Notes: generated by a model from the sequence alone, not told the origin. A DNA stretch of 64,000 nucleotides from Candidatus Omnitrophota bacterium (GCA_023140385.1 JAGLLT010000021.1:1068-65067), one strand, 5' to 3'. Positions 46,391 through 56,879 are shown, counted from the first letter of the stretch. Program-made: numbers and translations.

Positions 46391-49036
46391 CTAATCTTCC
46401 AGCCCGCCGGGTTTAAGGATGATGGTTGTGTAATTATCCAGATTGAGGTACTTATTTATAACGGCATTAATATCATCAAGAGTGACCTGTTCTATCTTTT
46501 CTTCATATCTGAGGTAGTTGTTAAAACCCAGGCCGTACATTTCATCAAGGGCGCATTTGAAGGCCAGGGCGGCATTTGTTTCAAGCCCGATAAAGTACGC
46601 TCCCGACAAATACTTTTTAGCCTCCTTCATCTCCTCTGCTGAAATTGAATGTTTTTTTAATTTTTTTATTTCATTCAACAGGCTCTCTTTTGATTTATTA
46701 ATCAGGCTTTCTTCGGTGGCGATGTAGAAGACATAACAGCCGGGTTCAAAGCCGGACATTGAGAATGTTCCCAGGGTGTACGCCAAGCCCTGTTTATCTC
46801 TCAGGTTGTAAAATAATCGCGACCCTCCCCCGTTCAAAACGGCGTTTAAAACCTCAAAAGCATACCTGTCTTTATCTGTGACAGATGGTGAAGTAAAGCC
46901 CATCATTATAAGCGCCTGTTCTTTGTTTACCCGGTTGGCAACCTCGATTTTTTTGCGGTGGAAGTTATCGGCTGAAAGAGTTACTTTGGGCCGGCCGCAG
47001 CCGGCGCTTTTAAAGTTGGCAAAATACTTTTTAACATCTTCTTCCACCTGCCGGCAGTCAATATCACCGAAAATAGAAAGTGTCAGATTAGAAGGCCTGA
47101 CCGTTTTTCGGTAAAAGTTCAGGATATCGCTCCTTTGTATTTTTGAAATAGATTCAGGTGTTCCCAAGGGGTCTAACCGGTAAGGATGGTTCTTGAAGAA
47201 GTTACCTCTTAAGAGCAAAAAACCTTCTTTAAAAATGTCATCTTTTGAGCTGTCAATGGCGGCAGTTATCAACTGCTTCCGGTGGTTAATTTCTGACTCC
47301 AAAAAGGCCGGATTTGTCAGTATGTCGCTTAAAAGTTCAAGGCCGTAGTTTATATCGTTGCTAAGCAAGTTCATAGAGATGCCAAAGCTGTTATTTTGAC
47401 TGAAAGTTCCGATACTTGCTCCTCTGGCCTCAAGCTCCGTGGATATCTGCAGTTTCGCGCGTTTTGCCGTGCCGCAGGTAAAGAGGGATGTCATAAGGTT
47501 AGAAAGTCCGTTATTTTTTTCATCTTCCAGCCTGACTCCGCCTTTAAAGACCGCCTGGACGTCTACTATGGGGAAGGCGCGGTCTTCTTTTAATAAAAGA
47601 GTTATTTTGTTGGGCAGAACAACCTTCTTTATTATATTCTTCGCGGCGGTTTCTTTTGAAGAAAGCAAAGACTCTTCTATTTTTGAACCGGCCGGCAGAA
47701 CGGCAGACACGGTTAGACGGCTTCTTAGAAGATACAGATTAGCTGTTCTATTAATATCTTCTCGGGTAACCAGATTAAGCCTTTTTATATATTTATCCGT
47801 AAAGCAGGCATCGTTGGTTATTAGCAAAGAGACAGCCATATCCCTGGCTTGTGACTCCACAGTTTGCAGGTAGTTTATGGAGTTGCTGATAGCAATGTTT
47901 TTTGCTTTAGACAGCTCCTCCTCTGAAACGCCATTTATCTTGATATTTTCTATTTCATCTATTACCGCGTTATAAAAAGCGTCAAATTTGTCACCGTCTA
48001 TTAGCGCTCTGATGGCAAAAAGTCCGTTATCGCGGGGCGTATAGTTGCCGGCGCTTATGGAATGAGCAAGCTTTTGCTCATCTTTAATGTTTACGTTTAA
48101 TCGTGAACTCCTGCCTTCGCCCAGAATGATTGCCAGTAGATCGAGGGCATACAAATCAGATGAGTTTATATCAACACTTTTAAAACCCATAGCAACGTAT
48201 CCCATCCTATTGTCCGAATACTCCACAATAAATCGTTCGCCTTGCTGCTCAGGTTCTTTAATGGATAATGGCGCGATGACGCGGGGTTTTCTTTTGAAAC
48301 TGCCGAAGGCCTTATTGACTTTATCAAAGGCATCCTGCCGGCGTATATCACCGGCAATAGAGATAATGATGTTGTCCGGGATGTAGACTTTATTGTAGAA
48401 GTTTATCAGATCTTCTCTTTTTAGCTTCAGGAAAAGTTCTTCGTAGCCTATGATAGGATACTTGTAAGGGTGAACGAAAAAGGCCTTTTGCCAGAGATTC
48501 CTTAAGGCAACCCTGGAGGGTTTATCCATGGTCATATAGATTTCTTTTAAAATAACCTCTTTTTCTTTTAAGTATTCATTTTTATTAAAAGAGGAATTTT
48601 GTATAATATCGGATACTAAATTTAAGGCTTCGTCAAAGCCGCTTTTCGGAACAATTAGGTAGTAGTTTGTGTGCTCCGATGATGTATAAGCGTTAATAGT
48701 TCCTCCAAGAGATTTTATCAGTTTATGAACCTCGCCCGCTTTGAGATTTTTTGTCCCTTTAAACAGCATATGCTCGATAAAGTGGGATATTCCGCAACCG
48801 CTATAGTTGCTTTCATTGGCTGAACCCGTATCAATCAGAGCGTTTATGGCAACGATTGGGTGGCGATGATCTTCTTTGATGATTAAACGCAGGCCGTTGT
48901 CCAGTTCATAGCTGTAAACTGTTCCCGGTTTTTCTGTAAGCCTGTTTTCACGTAAAGCAAAAACTTTAACGCTCGAGGATAATATAAAAACCGTTAAAAA
49001 AATTGTGAAAAGAATTTTAAAATGTTTTTTTATCAT
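46391..49036 (-). CDS. M16 (pitrilysin family) zinc peptidase, exported
   Basis: HFIEH, NAYTS, duplicated M16 halves, signal peptide. Confidence 0.93.
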   Translation of the reverse strand: MIKKHFKILFTIFLTVFILSSSVKVFALRENRLTEKPGTVYSYELDNGLRLIIKEDHRHPIVAINALIDTGSANESNYSGCGISHFIEHMLFKGTKNLKAGEVHKLIKSLGGTINAYTSSEHTNYYLIVPKSGFDEALNLVSDIIQNSSFNKNEYLKEKEVILKEIYMTMDKPSRVALRNLWQKAFFVHPYKYPIIGYEELFLKLKREDLINFYNKVYIPDNIIISIAGDIRRQDAFDKVNKAFGSFKRKPRVIAPLSIKEPEQQGERFIVEYSDNRMGYVAMGFKSVDINSSDLYALDLLAIILGEGRSSRLNVNIKDEQKLAHSISAGNYTPRDNGLFAIRALIDGDKFDAFYNAVIDEIENIKINGVSEEELSKAKNIAISNSINYLQTVESQARDMAVSLLITNDACFTDKYIKRLNLVTREDINRTANLYLLRSRLTVSAVLPAGSKIEESLLSSKETAAKNIIKKVVLPNKITLLLKEDRAFPIVDVQAVFKGGVRLEDEKNNGLSNLMTSLFTCGTAKRAKLQISTELEARGASIGTFSQNNSFGISMNLLSNDINYGLELLSDILTNPAFLESEINHRKQLITAAIDSSKDDIFKEGFLLLRGNFFKNHPYRLDPLGTPESISKIQRSDILNFYRKTVRPSNLTLSIFGDIDCRQVEEDVKKYFANFKSAGCGRPKVTLSADNFHRKKIEVANRVNKEQALIMMGFTSPSVTDKDRYAFEVLNAVLNGGGSRLFYNLRDKQGLAYTLGTFSMSGFEPGCYVFYIATEESLINKSKESLLNEIKKLKKHSISAEEMKEAKKYLSGAYFIGLETNAALAFKCALDEMYGLGFNNYLRYEEKIEQVTLDDINAVINKYLNLDNYTTIILKPGGLED

Positions 49037-49037
49037 A

Positions 49038-49700
49038 TCAGGCGGTCTCTTCAGCTTTTTTAAGCTTTCCGTAACAGATTAATGTGTCGCCTTCCATCAA
49101 AATATCGTCCGCGCCGGGCGCGGGTATAATTTTGTGATTTCTTTCTATCGCCAGAACCAGAACGTCTTTTTCCCGGAAGTTAGCATCTTTTAATTTAATG
49201 CCCGCGTTTTTTGACTCTTTGGTAAGCGTAATTTCAGCAATACCGTAATTTTGCGCTAAACGCAGCACTTCGTCAAATGAGCGTTTTTTCAGCGTTGTCC
49301 GATTTTCCAGATAACCTGAGACTGTTTTTCTGAAACTTTTCACAAAAGGCCGGTATCTGCTCAAAAACAAAACAGCCAGACTGATAAACATTAAGGCCGA
49401 TACCTGCAGTGTGGCGGGGAGCAATTCGTGATGAGTTGAAAAAGCGTTGATGATAAGAGATATCAGAGATGCCCAGGTTATGAATCCCACAATCATCAAA
49501 AGCATAATTATTTGCCTGCGCTGATTATGAGTGACGACGTCTTCAGCCTCTTTGGTGGTAAAACCGGTGGCTGTAAAGGCTGAAAGTGCCTGAAATCTGG
49601 CGCTTTTCATGTTCAGGCCGGTCATATGCAGGGCAATGGCCGCGATTTCCACGATTAATACCAGTAAAATTAACGGGATAGCGAGAATGAGGAAGGCCAT
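49038..49700 (-). CDS. TrkA-C (RCK-C) domain membrane protein
   Basis: ARFQALSAFTATGFTTKEAE; C-terminal VLAIER...GDTLICYG. Confidence 0.85.
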   Translation of the reverse strand: MAFLILAIPLILLVLIVEIAAIALHMTGLNMKSARFQALSAFTATGFTTKEAEDVVTHNQRRQIIMLLMIVGFITWASLISLIINAFSTHHELLPATLQVSALMFISLAVLFLSRYRPFVKSFRKTVSGYLENRTTLKKRSFDEVLRLAQNYGIAEITLTKESKNAGIKLKDANFREKDVLVLAIERNHKIIPAPGADDILMEGDTLICYGKLKKAEETA

Positions 49701-49714
49701 AAGAACTTCTCCTT

Positions 49715-50653
49715 TTAATAGTTAATACGTCTAAACTTTTCGCCAAAGGGGATAAATTTTTTTATGATAAACTTTATAGTGCAAGCTTTAATTTTTTTCT
49801 TTATCTCAGTTATTTTTTTATTAACCGCTTCTTCCCCTTTTTCTATCATTATATCAATTTTTGAAAAGTGCGCCCAACTCAAATTTTTTACGTCAGGCTC
49901 AATAATGATATCGGCGTACTTCATTTTCATCAGATTGAGTTCGTGCCTCCTAATGTCATCAGCTTGAAAAATGATATCGTAGCCTTGCTTAAACTCTTTA
50001 GGCTGGATATTTTTATCAACGTTAATGCCGATAACAATATCGGCGCCTAATTTTCTTGCCGGCTGGGCCGGAAGCAGAGTTACTATGCCTCCGTCAATCA
50101 GGAGCCTCTCTCCGTCTTCTACAGGTGGGAATACGCCGGGTATGGATGAACTAGCCATTAGCGCTTTGAGCATATTGCCTTCACTGAAGATTACTTCTTC
50201 ACCCTTGTTTATATCGGTAGCCACGCAAGCGTATTTAATGACTGCTTCATTAAAGTTTTTTTCATCAACCAGTTCCTTGATAAGATTACTCATTTCACTA
50301 CCGTCATCAATGTAGCCTTTAATAGCCCGCAGATTCCAGAGAAAAAGGTCGGTAGCGTAAGCGGCCAAACTTTCGATAATCAGGCGTTTTTCAGCCGGCT
50401 CGTCTTCAGCGGCCAGAGACTCTAATAGTAATAAGTTTTTATTGGACATAAGAGGCTTCACTTTTTGTTCTAAAGCTTCCGCGTCCGGATTGACCGCGTA
50501 GGCTGCTCCCATAATAGCTCCCATGCTTGTTCCAACAATCATATCCGGCCGAATGCCGGCTTTCTCAAAGGCTTTTAAAGCACCGATATGAGCCAGCCCT
50601 CTGGCACCGCCTCCACCTAAGGCGAATGCAATCTTTGGTTTAAAATTTAACAT
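49715..50653 (-). CDS. Patatin-like phospholipase
   Basis: GGGGARG, GTSMG, DGG. Confidence 0.93.
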   Translation of the reverse strand: MLNFKPKIAFALGGGGARGLAHIGALKAFEKAGIRPDMIVGTSMGAIMGAAYAVNPDAEALEQKVKPLMSNKNLLLLESLAAEDEPAEKRLIIESLAAYATDLFLWNLRAIKGYIDDGSEMSNLIKELVDEKNFNEAVIKYACVATDINKGEEVIFSEGNMLKALMASSSIPGVFPPVEDGERLLIDGGIVTLLPAQPARKLGADIVIGINVDKNIQPKEFKQGYDIIFQADDIRRHELNLMKMKYADIIIEPDVKNLSWAHFSKIDIMIEKGEEAVNKKITEIKKKIKACTIKFIIKKFIPFGEKFRRINY

Positions 50654-50731
50654 ATACCTCTTTTCCAACTTCTTTTAAATATTTTATAGTGGCTATAATT
50701 ATATCATAAAATCTTTCAAAATTGTCAAAGT

Positions 50732-51460
50732 TTACATAATCCTTGGATGCATTGTTTCTATTTCAATATTTCCCGTAACCGCTAATTTTTTACCTTTGAT
50801 TATGACCGCGCCTGATATTCGTTTTTCTTTTTTTATAAGGCGAATAACCTTATCTATATCAGATGCTTTTTTTACCATATTAGCCGCGCTTGTAGCCCAG
50901 GCGTCTGCCAGAGCGCAATTTTTGGCTACAATTACCGTCGCGTCTGACTTTCCGTAGCTGAAGGAGTGGCCAATGGTGCCGCTTGAGGTGCATATGCCCC
51001 AAGGGGTTTTTGATCTGGGCAGAATAATGGCTAACTTATTGCTTAAAGGCGATTTGCCGGCCAGTATACCTACGGCTGACCGGCGCTCCAGCTTTAAGAA
51101 AATATCGCCGCCGTTATCTACGATAACCTCGGGATTATCTTTAAGCAGTTTCCTGCCTACGTATTCAGCTATCGCCCCAGCCACAGCTGCCATCGGGCCC
51201 ACTTTGGCCGCCTCCGCCGCCTTTAGCATAGCTTTTATAATAGCCGGAGCTAACGGGTCTAATTTTAGCGGTTTAAAGTTTTCTGAAAATTCAGGGCGCG
51301 ACCCGGCGTAGGCTTCTATTTGTTTTCTTGCCGCAGACAGATAACTTTTTGCTTCAAGGAGGGATCTATTGCTTGAGTAAATAAAAAGACTTGACTCTTT
51401 TATCTTTACTTTATATGGGTACAGATATCGCTTATTATCCTGCGTGAGAGAGAGGATCAT
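50732..51460 (-). CDS. UPF0280 (ApbE-like) protein
   Basis: GPMAAVAGAIAE, NGGDI, CTSSGTIGHSFSYG. Confidence 0.9.
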   Translation of the reverse strand: MILSLTQDNKRYLYPYKVKIKESSLFIYSSNRSLLEAKSYLSAARKQIEAYAGSRPEFSENFKPLKLDPLAPAIIKAMLKAAEAAKVGPMAAVAGAIAEYVGRKLLKDNPEVIVDNGGDIFLKLERRSAVGILAGKSPLSNKLAIILPRSKTPWGICTSSGTIGHSFSYGKSDATVIVAKNCALADAWATSAANMVKKASDIDKVIRLIKKEKRISGAVIIKGKKLAVTGNIEIETMHPRIM

Positions 51461-51476
51461 TGTTTACGAATGAACC

Positions 51477-52097
51477 TTATTTATTCTTAAAAGATATAGT
51501 GACGTTAAAGGTTGCCTCTTTCTGCTTAAGGTTTTTGGGAAACGGAGGAAAGGGATTAGCTTTTTTAATGCTGTCTAACGCTGCCATTCTAAGCAAGACG
51601 TTGGAAGATGACTTTTTTTCATTAATCCTTATTATTTTTAGCTGACCGTCAGAAGCCAAGGTGAAGGATAGATGAACTTCTCCATGGGAAATTAAACCCG
51701 GATAAATAATATAATTTTTAACTTTAGCTTTAAGCAGTTGATGGTAATTCGGATATTCTTCTTTTTTGGAAAAACTTACTTTGGCTGTCGCGACTATCTT
51801 TTCTTGTTTAGCGGTTTGCCCGAGCTTTGCTTTCTTTTTTTCTACCTTGTCGGCCGATTTTTCTTTTACCTTTGTATAGTTTGATATCTTAGGGGAAACT
51901 TTTTTTACTAATTTCCGGGCGGGCTTGCTGTAGGCATCAATGGTTTTTTCACGGCTTTTCTCAATCTGCGGAATATAGGTGGCTTCCACTTGAGTCATCT
52001 TTTTAGTGAGCGAAAAGCTGTTGCCGGGAAAAAAAAGAAAGCTATGGCTTATAAAAGAAATAATCAACGCGATAATAAAGGTCTTATCGTTACTCAT
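51477..52097 (-). CDS. TonB/TolA C-terminal domain protein
   Basis: N-terminal anchor SFISH, C-terminal SIKKANPFPPFP. Confidence 0.82.
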   Translation of the reverse strand: MSNDKTFIIALIISFISHSFLFFPGNSFSLTKKMTQVEATYIPQIEKSREKTIDAYSKPARKLVKKVSPKISNYTKVKEKSADKVEKKKAKLGQTAKQEKIVATAKVSFSKKEEYPNYHQLLKAKVKNYIIYPGLISHGEVHLSFTLASDGQLKIIRINEKKSSSNVLLRMAALDSIKKANPFPPFPKNLKQKEATFNVTISFKNK

Positions 52098-52120
52098 TAT
52101 TTGGTTACCTTAAGCTAAAA

Positions 52121-52168
52121 ACACCATATATAGTTACTTCCGCTATAACTCTACCATATATATAGTAT
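52121..52168. promoter_or_regulatory. Tandem NrdR-box-like operators
   Basis: ACACCATATATAGTTA and CTACCATATATATAGTAT, about 30-32 bp apart. Confidence 0.45.
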
Positions 52169-52200
52169 AAATACAAGCATTAGGCAAGCATTATTTAAGA

Positions 52201-52770
52201 TTATTTTAGTATTTGAATCCGATGCGGCGGCCAGAAGATAAAAAAGGCCTTGCCTACTATGTTTTCTTCAGGGACAAAACCCCAATAGCGGGAGTCTTTG
52301 CTCGCGTAGCTGTTATCTCCGAGCGCGTAATAGGAGTCCGCCGGAACAATAATTTCATCCTGCCCAAAAGGCCCGGCCGCGTAGTAATGATTTTTAGTTA
52401 TCCGCGGCAGTTCAGTTCGGCTCCCGTTTATTAATATTTTTCCATCATTAATTTTTATTCTATCTCCTTCTTTTCCTATCAGCCTTTTTATGAAGTCTCT
52501 TTTTTGATCAAGGGGATACTTGAAGACTATGATGTCGCCCCTTGCGGGAGATCCGAAGCCGGGAAGCCTGAAGTTGGTAAAGGGGACTTTGGCTCCATAG
52601 GTTAGCTTGGTAACTAATAATTTATCACCCACTTTAAGGGTGGGTATCATAGAGCCGGAGGGAATTTTAAACGACTGCACGAAAAAGGTACGTAAAATTA
52701 AGGCTAAAATAACGGCTATTACCAATGTTTCAACCCATTCTCTTGTCGCGGATTTTCTACTTTTCATCAT
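52201..52770 (-). CDS. lepB: Signal peptidase I
   Basis: IPSGSMIPTL, FIKRLIG, GDN...SKDSRYWG. Confidence 0.95.
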   Translation of the reverse strand: MMKSRKSATREWVETLVIAVILALILRTFFVQSFKIPSGSMIPTLKVGDKLLVTKLTYGAKVPFTNFRLPGFGSPARGDIIVFKYPLDQKRDFIKRLIGKEGDRIKINDGKILINGSRTELPRITKNHYYAAGPFGQDEIIVPADSYYALGDNSYASKDSRYWGFVPEENIVGKAFFIFWPPHRIQILK

Positions 52771-52778
52771 TAATCCTT

Positions 52779-54578
52779 TCAAATTTTTAATATTTCTTTA
52801 AAGGCCTCTTGGGGTATCTGAACGTTTCCAAACTGTTTCATACGCTTCTTGCCCCTTTTTTGTTTATCCCACAACTTCCTTTTACGGGTAATATCGCCTC
52901 CGTAGCACTTGCCGGTGACGTGTTTTTTTAAAGCTGAAATATTGGTTCTGGCAATTACCTTACTGCCTATCGCCGCTTGAACGGCTACCTGAAATAATTG
53001 CCGGGGAATTAAACTCCTTAATTTTTCGGCGATATCTCTCGCCCTGTAAGGGGCCTTGTCTTTGTGGGTAATAAAACTAAACGCGTCAAATACACGCCCG
53101 TTAATCATTATGTCAACCTTGACCATATCCGCCTTTTTGTAAGCGGTAAAGTCATAGTCAAAGGACGCGTAGCCCCTGGTGATTGACTTTAGCTTATCAT
53201 AAAAGTCAACGATTACTTCACTTAGCGGCAGTTCGTAGGTTATAATCAGCCTGTTTTCTCCCAGATATTCAGTCGCGATGTAAATACCGCGCTTATTCTT
53301 CACCAACTGCATAATATCGCTGACGTACTCCTGGGGCGTAATTATGAAGGCTTTTATCCAGGGTTCATTTATATTAGTGATTTTTTGGACCTCGGGAAAC
53401 TTTGAGGGATTGTGAATATCAACAACCTCGCCGTTGCTTTTTTCTATCCTGTAAACCACGCTGGGAACGGTGATTACCAGGCTGATATCAAATTCTCTTT
53501 CAATTCTTTCCTGAATAATTTCAGAATGGAGCAGTCCCAGAAAACCGCACCTGAAGCCAAAGCCCAGAGATTCGGAAGACTCTTGCTCATAAGTAAACGA
53601 CGCGTCGCTTAGTCTCAATTTTTCCAGAGCGCTTTTTAGTTCCACAAAATCTTTACTGTTTTCCGGATAGATTCCGCAAAAAACAAAGGGTTTTATCTTT
53701 TTGTAGCCGGGAAGCCTCTGGGCGGCCGGCTTGAGACTGGAGGTAATGGTTTCTCCAACGCTCACCTCTTTGGCGTTCTTTATGTTGCAGGTAATATAGC
53801 CCACCTCCCCGCATTGGAGTTTGTCCGTTTTTCGCGGTTTTGGAGAAAAGGTTCCTACTTCCTGTACCTGATGAGTAGTGCCGGTATTCATCAGTTTTAT
53901 TTTCATTTGAGGTGTAATTACTCCGTCTATTACGCGCACGTAGATAATGACTCCTTTGTAGATATTAAAACTTGAGTCAAAGACAAGCGCCTTAAGAGGA
54001 GCTTGAGGACTGCCTGAAGGCGGAGGTATGCTTTTGATAATTTGCGATAAAATCTCTTTTATTCCCTCACCCTTTTTAGCGCTGGAAAGAAGGATATCTT
54101 CTTTGTTAAACTTTAAAGCGTTTACCAGCTGATTGTTAGTTCCCTCTATGTCCGCGTGCTGTAGGTCTATTTTATTTATTACGGGAATAATCTTTAAATT
54201 ACTTTCTTTAGCTAAATGGTAGTTAGCTACGGTCTGGGCTTCTATGCCCTCAGAGGCGTCAATCAGCAGCAGCGCCCCCTCGGAGGCGGAAAGGGATTTA
54301 GATACTTCGTAGGTAAAGTCTACGTGCCCGGGAGTGTCAATCAGGTTTAGAATGTATTTTTTGTTATCAGTGTGTTTATAAGAAAATCTTACAGCGGACG
54401 CCTTAATGGTTATTCCGCGTTCACGCTCTAAGTCCATATCGTCAAGCAGCTGCTCTTTTAAGTCACGCTTGCTGATAGCTCCGGTAAATTCGAGAAGCCG
54501 GTCACATAGGGTTGATTTACCGTGGTCTATGTGGGCGATTATGCAAAAATTTCTTATTAGTTTTTGATTATAATGCAT
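52779..54578 (-). CDS. lepA: Elongation factor 4
   Basis: IAHIDHGKST, DTPGHVDF, CYGGDITRKRKL. Confidence 0.98.
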   Translation of the reverse strand: MHYNQKLIRNFCIIAHIDHGKSTLCDRLLEFTGAISKRDLKEQLLDDMDLERERGITIKASAVRFSYKHTDNKKYILNLIDTPGHVDFTYEVSKSLSASEGALLLIDASEGIEAQTVANYHLAKESNLKIIPVINKIDLQHADIEGTNNQLVNALKFNKEDILLSSAKKGEGIKEILSQIIKSIPPPSGSPQAPLKALVFDSSFNIYKGVIIYVRVIDGVITPQMKIKLMNTGTTHQVQEVGTFSPKPRKTDKLQCGEVGYITCNIKNAKEVSVGETITSSLKPAAQRLPGYKKIKPFVFCGIYPENSKDFVELKSALEKLRLSDASFTYEQESSESLGFGFRCGFLGLLHSEIIQERIEREFDISLVITVPSVVYRIEKSNGEVVDIHNPSKFPEVQKITNINEPWIKAFIITPQEYVSDIMQLVKNKRGIYIATEYLGENRLIITYELPLSEVIVDFYDKLKSITRGYASFDYDFTAYKKADMVKVDIMINGRVFDAFSFITHKDKAPYRARDIAEKLRSLIPRQLFQVAVQAAIGSKVIARTNISALKKHVTGKCYGGDITRKRKLWDKQKRGKKRMKQFGNVQIPQEAFKEILKI

Positions 54579-54587
54579 GGGATTATA

Positions 54588-56009
54588 CTATTTAATTAAC
54601 TTTGCCGCGAAGTTTATCATAGCGGACGTTGACTTTTTTGTATTTGACTCGGCGTATATCCTTAAGACGGGTTCTGTTCCGGAAAATCTGAAGAGAAGCC
54701 AGCTTCCGTCATCAAGAATAAATTTTATTCCGTCTATCTTTTTTATTTCTTTTATTTTCTTATTAGCTATTGTCTCTGACCGGTAATTTTTTATTTTTGA
54801 TTTCAGCTTTTCACGCGTCTGCCCGGGAAACTTAAAGTCCGCCCTCTGGTAATAAAATTTGCCGAAGTTTTTTTTCATTTCTCCTAAAAGCTCTACAATA
54901 GACTTGCCGGTTTTTGAGAGCATTTCAAGAAGTAGAAGTTGTATGAGGAGTCCGTCGCGGTCAGGCAGGTAGTTTCGTATTCCAATACCGCCCGACTCTT
55001 CCCCCGCCAGTGATACCTTTTCGTTTATCATCAGGTTTGCCAGATATTTGAAGCCAATTGGAGTTTCGATCAGGTTTAAATTATAGCTTTCACATATTTT
55101 GTTAATCAGGTCAGAGGATGAGATGGTTTTACCTATGGCGACACTTTCATTCTTGCAGCGCGTAAAGTATATAATCAAAAGGCCAAAAACTTCGCTGGAG
55201 GTGATAAACCGCCCTCCGGGAGCAATTACTGCCAGGCGATCGCCGTCACCGTCTGTGGCAAGGCCAATGTCGTATTCTCCCTCTTTCATTAAAGAGGTTA
55301 ACTGTTTAAGATTTTTCGCGATCGGCTCGGGAGGAACGTTTCCGAAGTCAGCCCGCGGTTTTTCACGCAAAATAGTAACATTTATCCCGGATGACTTGAG
55401 GATATCCAAAATAATCGCGTTAGAAGCGCCGTGCATGCTGTCAATCAGAACATTTAATTTGCATCTATTCAGGGCTTTCATATCCAGAAAACTCCGGATG
55501 TTCTTTTTGTAAGCGCTAAGGTTGTCTGTTTCTTCAATTAATCCTTTAGTCACGGCAGTTTTAAAGGGAAGGCTTTTAACCTTATTTTTACCTATATAGG
55601 CCTCAATTTTTTCAGTAATTTCCGGGCCGGCGGATGAGCCCATATTTGTCTTGAACTTTATACCGTTAAACTCGGCGGGATTATGGCTTGCTGTAACCAT
55701 TATACCCCCGGAGAGTCCTTGTCTTCCGGCCGCAAGGCTTAAAGCGGGAGTGGGAATAAAGCTCTTTGAGAGTAGGGCCTTGATACCGTTGGCAGCCAGT
55801 ACGCGGGCTATAATTTCCGCGTACTTGTCTGATAAAAAACGTGTATCATAGCCGACTGCCATTTTTACCCGGTGATTTTTATTATTAATTTTATTTACGT
55901 AGTCACAGACAGCCTGAGCCATGATTTCCACGTTTTTATAAGTAAATTCCTTGGCTATAAGCGCTCGCCAACCGTCAGTTCCGAATTTTAAACCTTTATG
56001 TCTTTTAAT
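54588..56009 (-). CDS. Phosphoglucomutase/phosphomannomutase; start uncertain
   Basis: TASHNP, DGDGDR, GEESGG, RFSGTEP; the conserved KFGTDGWR is in frame upstream of the GTG at 55931. Confidence 0.88.
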   Translation of the reverse strand: MKRHKGLKFGTDGWRALIAKEFTYKNVEIMAQAVCDYVNKINNKNHRVKMAVGYDTRFLSDKYAEIIARVLAANGIKALLSKSFIPTPALSLAAGRQGLSGGIMVTASHNPAEFNGIKFKTNMGSSAGPEITEKIEAYIGKNKVKSLPFKTAVTKGLIEETDNLSAYKKNIRSFLDMKALNRCKLNVLIDSMHGASNAIILDILKSSGINVTILREKPRADFGNVPPEPIAKNLKQLTSLMKEGEYDIGLATDGDGDRLAVIAPGGRFITSSEVFGLLIIYFTRCKNESVAIGKTISSSDLINKICESYNLNLIETPIGFKYLANLMINEKVSLAGEESGGIGIRNYLPDRDGLLIQLLLLEMLSKTGKSIVELLGEMKKNFGKFYYQRADFKFPGQTREKLKSKIKNYRSETIANKKIKEIKKIDGIKFILDDGSWLLFRFSGTEPVLRIYAESNTKKSTSAMINFAAKLIK

Positions 56010-56635
56010 TTTTCAACGGATCCTTTCATATTGTCAGAGCCGAATAAATATGTACCGGCAACCAGCATATTGGCTCCGGCTTCGACTGCCATTTTGGCAG
56101 TTTTGTAGTTTATGCCGCCGTCTACCTCTATATCTCCGGAAAAAGCCCGCCTTATCCGCTTTATTTTTGAAAGGCAGCTGCTGATAAATTCCTGCCCTCC
56201 GAAACCGGGATTGACGGTCATAACCAGCACCAAATCAACCATATTTAATACAGGCGCTATATCTTTTACAGGTGTCCGGGGATTAAGGGAAATGCCGGCC
56301 TTAAGCCCCAGCTCTTTTATTTCCTTTATTAGCTGGATAGGGCGCTCTACCGTTTCGATGTGGACGGTGATAATGTCGCTGCCCGCTTTCACGAAGGCCT
56401 CTAAAAATTTGCGGGGTTTTTCAATCATAAGGTGGACATCCAGAATTAGTTTTGTGTGTTTGCGGATATCCCGGATAATAGCCGGCCCAAAGGTTATGTT
56501 AGGGACAAAGTGTCCATCCATTATGTCGCAATGCAAGAAGTCTACCCCCGCGTCCTCCGCTCTTTTTATCTCAACGGAAAGGTTGGAAAAGTCGGCCGCT
56601 AAAATTGAAGGCCCGGCTTTAATCCTTTTATTCAT
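55988..56635 (-). CDS. rpe: Ribulose-phosphate 3-epimerase
   Basis: PSILAADF, HCDIMDGHFVPN, MTVNPGFGGQ, VDGG. Confidence 0.96.
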   Translation of the reverse strand: MNKRIKAGPSILAADFSNLSVEIKRAEDAGVDFLHCDIMDGHFVPNITFGPAIIRDIRKHTKLILDVHLMIEKPRKFLEAFVKAGSDIITVHIETVERPIQLIKEIKELGLKAGISLNPRTPVKDIAPVLNMVDLVLVMTVNPGFGGQEFISSCLSKIKRIRRAFSGDIEVDGGINYKTAKMAVEAGANMLVAGTYLFGSDNMKGSVEKLKDIKV

Positions 56636-56879
56636 CCTTATTGCCTCTGGGGCCGTGCGATTTCTTACCCCTTGTCCTGCCAATCATAACATTTTTGGCC
56701 AGAATATCTTTTGCCTTATTAGTACGTTTAATAATTTTTTCTTCCTGGCTTATAGCCGCCTTTTTTTCTTTAGAACCCTCGGCATCTTCTCTCTTAAGAT
56801 ACCCTTCAGCCTTTTGTTTTTTACCCTTTTCTTCAACTTCCACCGGCTTTTTTCTTTTCAATCTAGAAAATAGATTCAT
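56628..56879 (-). CDS. Small Lys/Glu-rich hypothetical protein
   Basis: 83-aa ORF with GGAGG/AAGGA upstream; flanked by an 18-bp direct repeat. Confidence 0.5.
   Translation of the reverse strand: MNLFSRLKRKKPVEVEEKGKKQKAEGYLKREDAEGSKEKKAAISQEEKIIKRTNKAKDILAKNVMIGRTRGKKSHGPRGNKDE

Noticed and set aside
46313-46642. Plus-strand 109-aa ORF starting inside family A copy 4, and the many other short antisense ORFs in the track
   Set aside because: Shadows of well-supported genes on the opposite strand, with no motifs or RBS.
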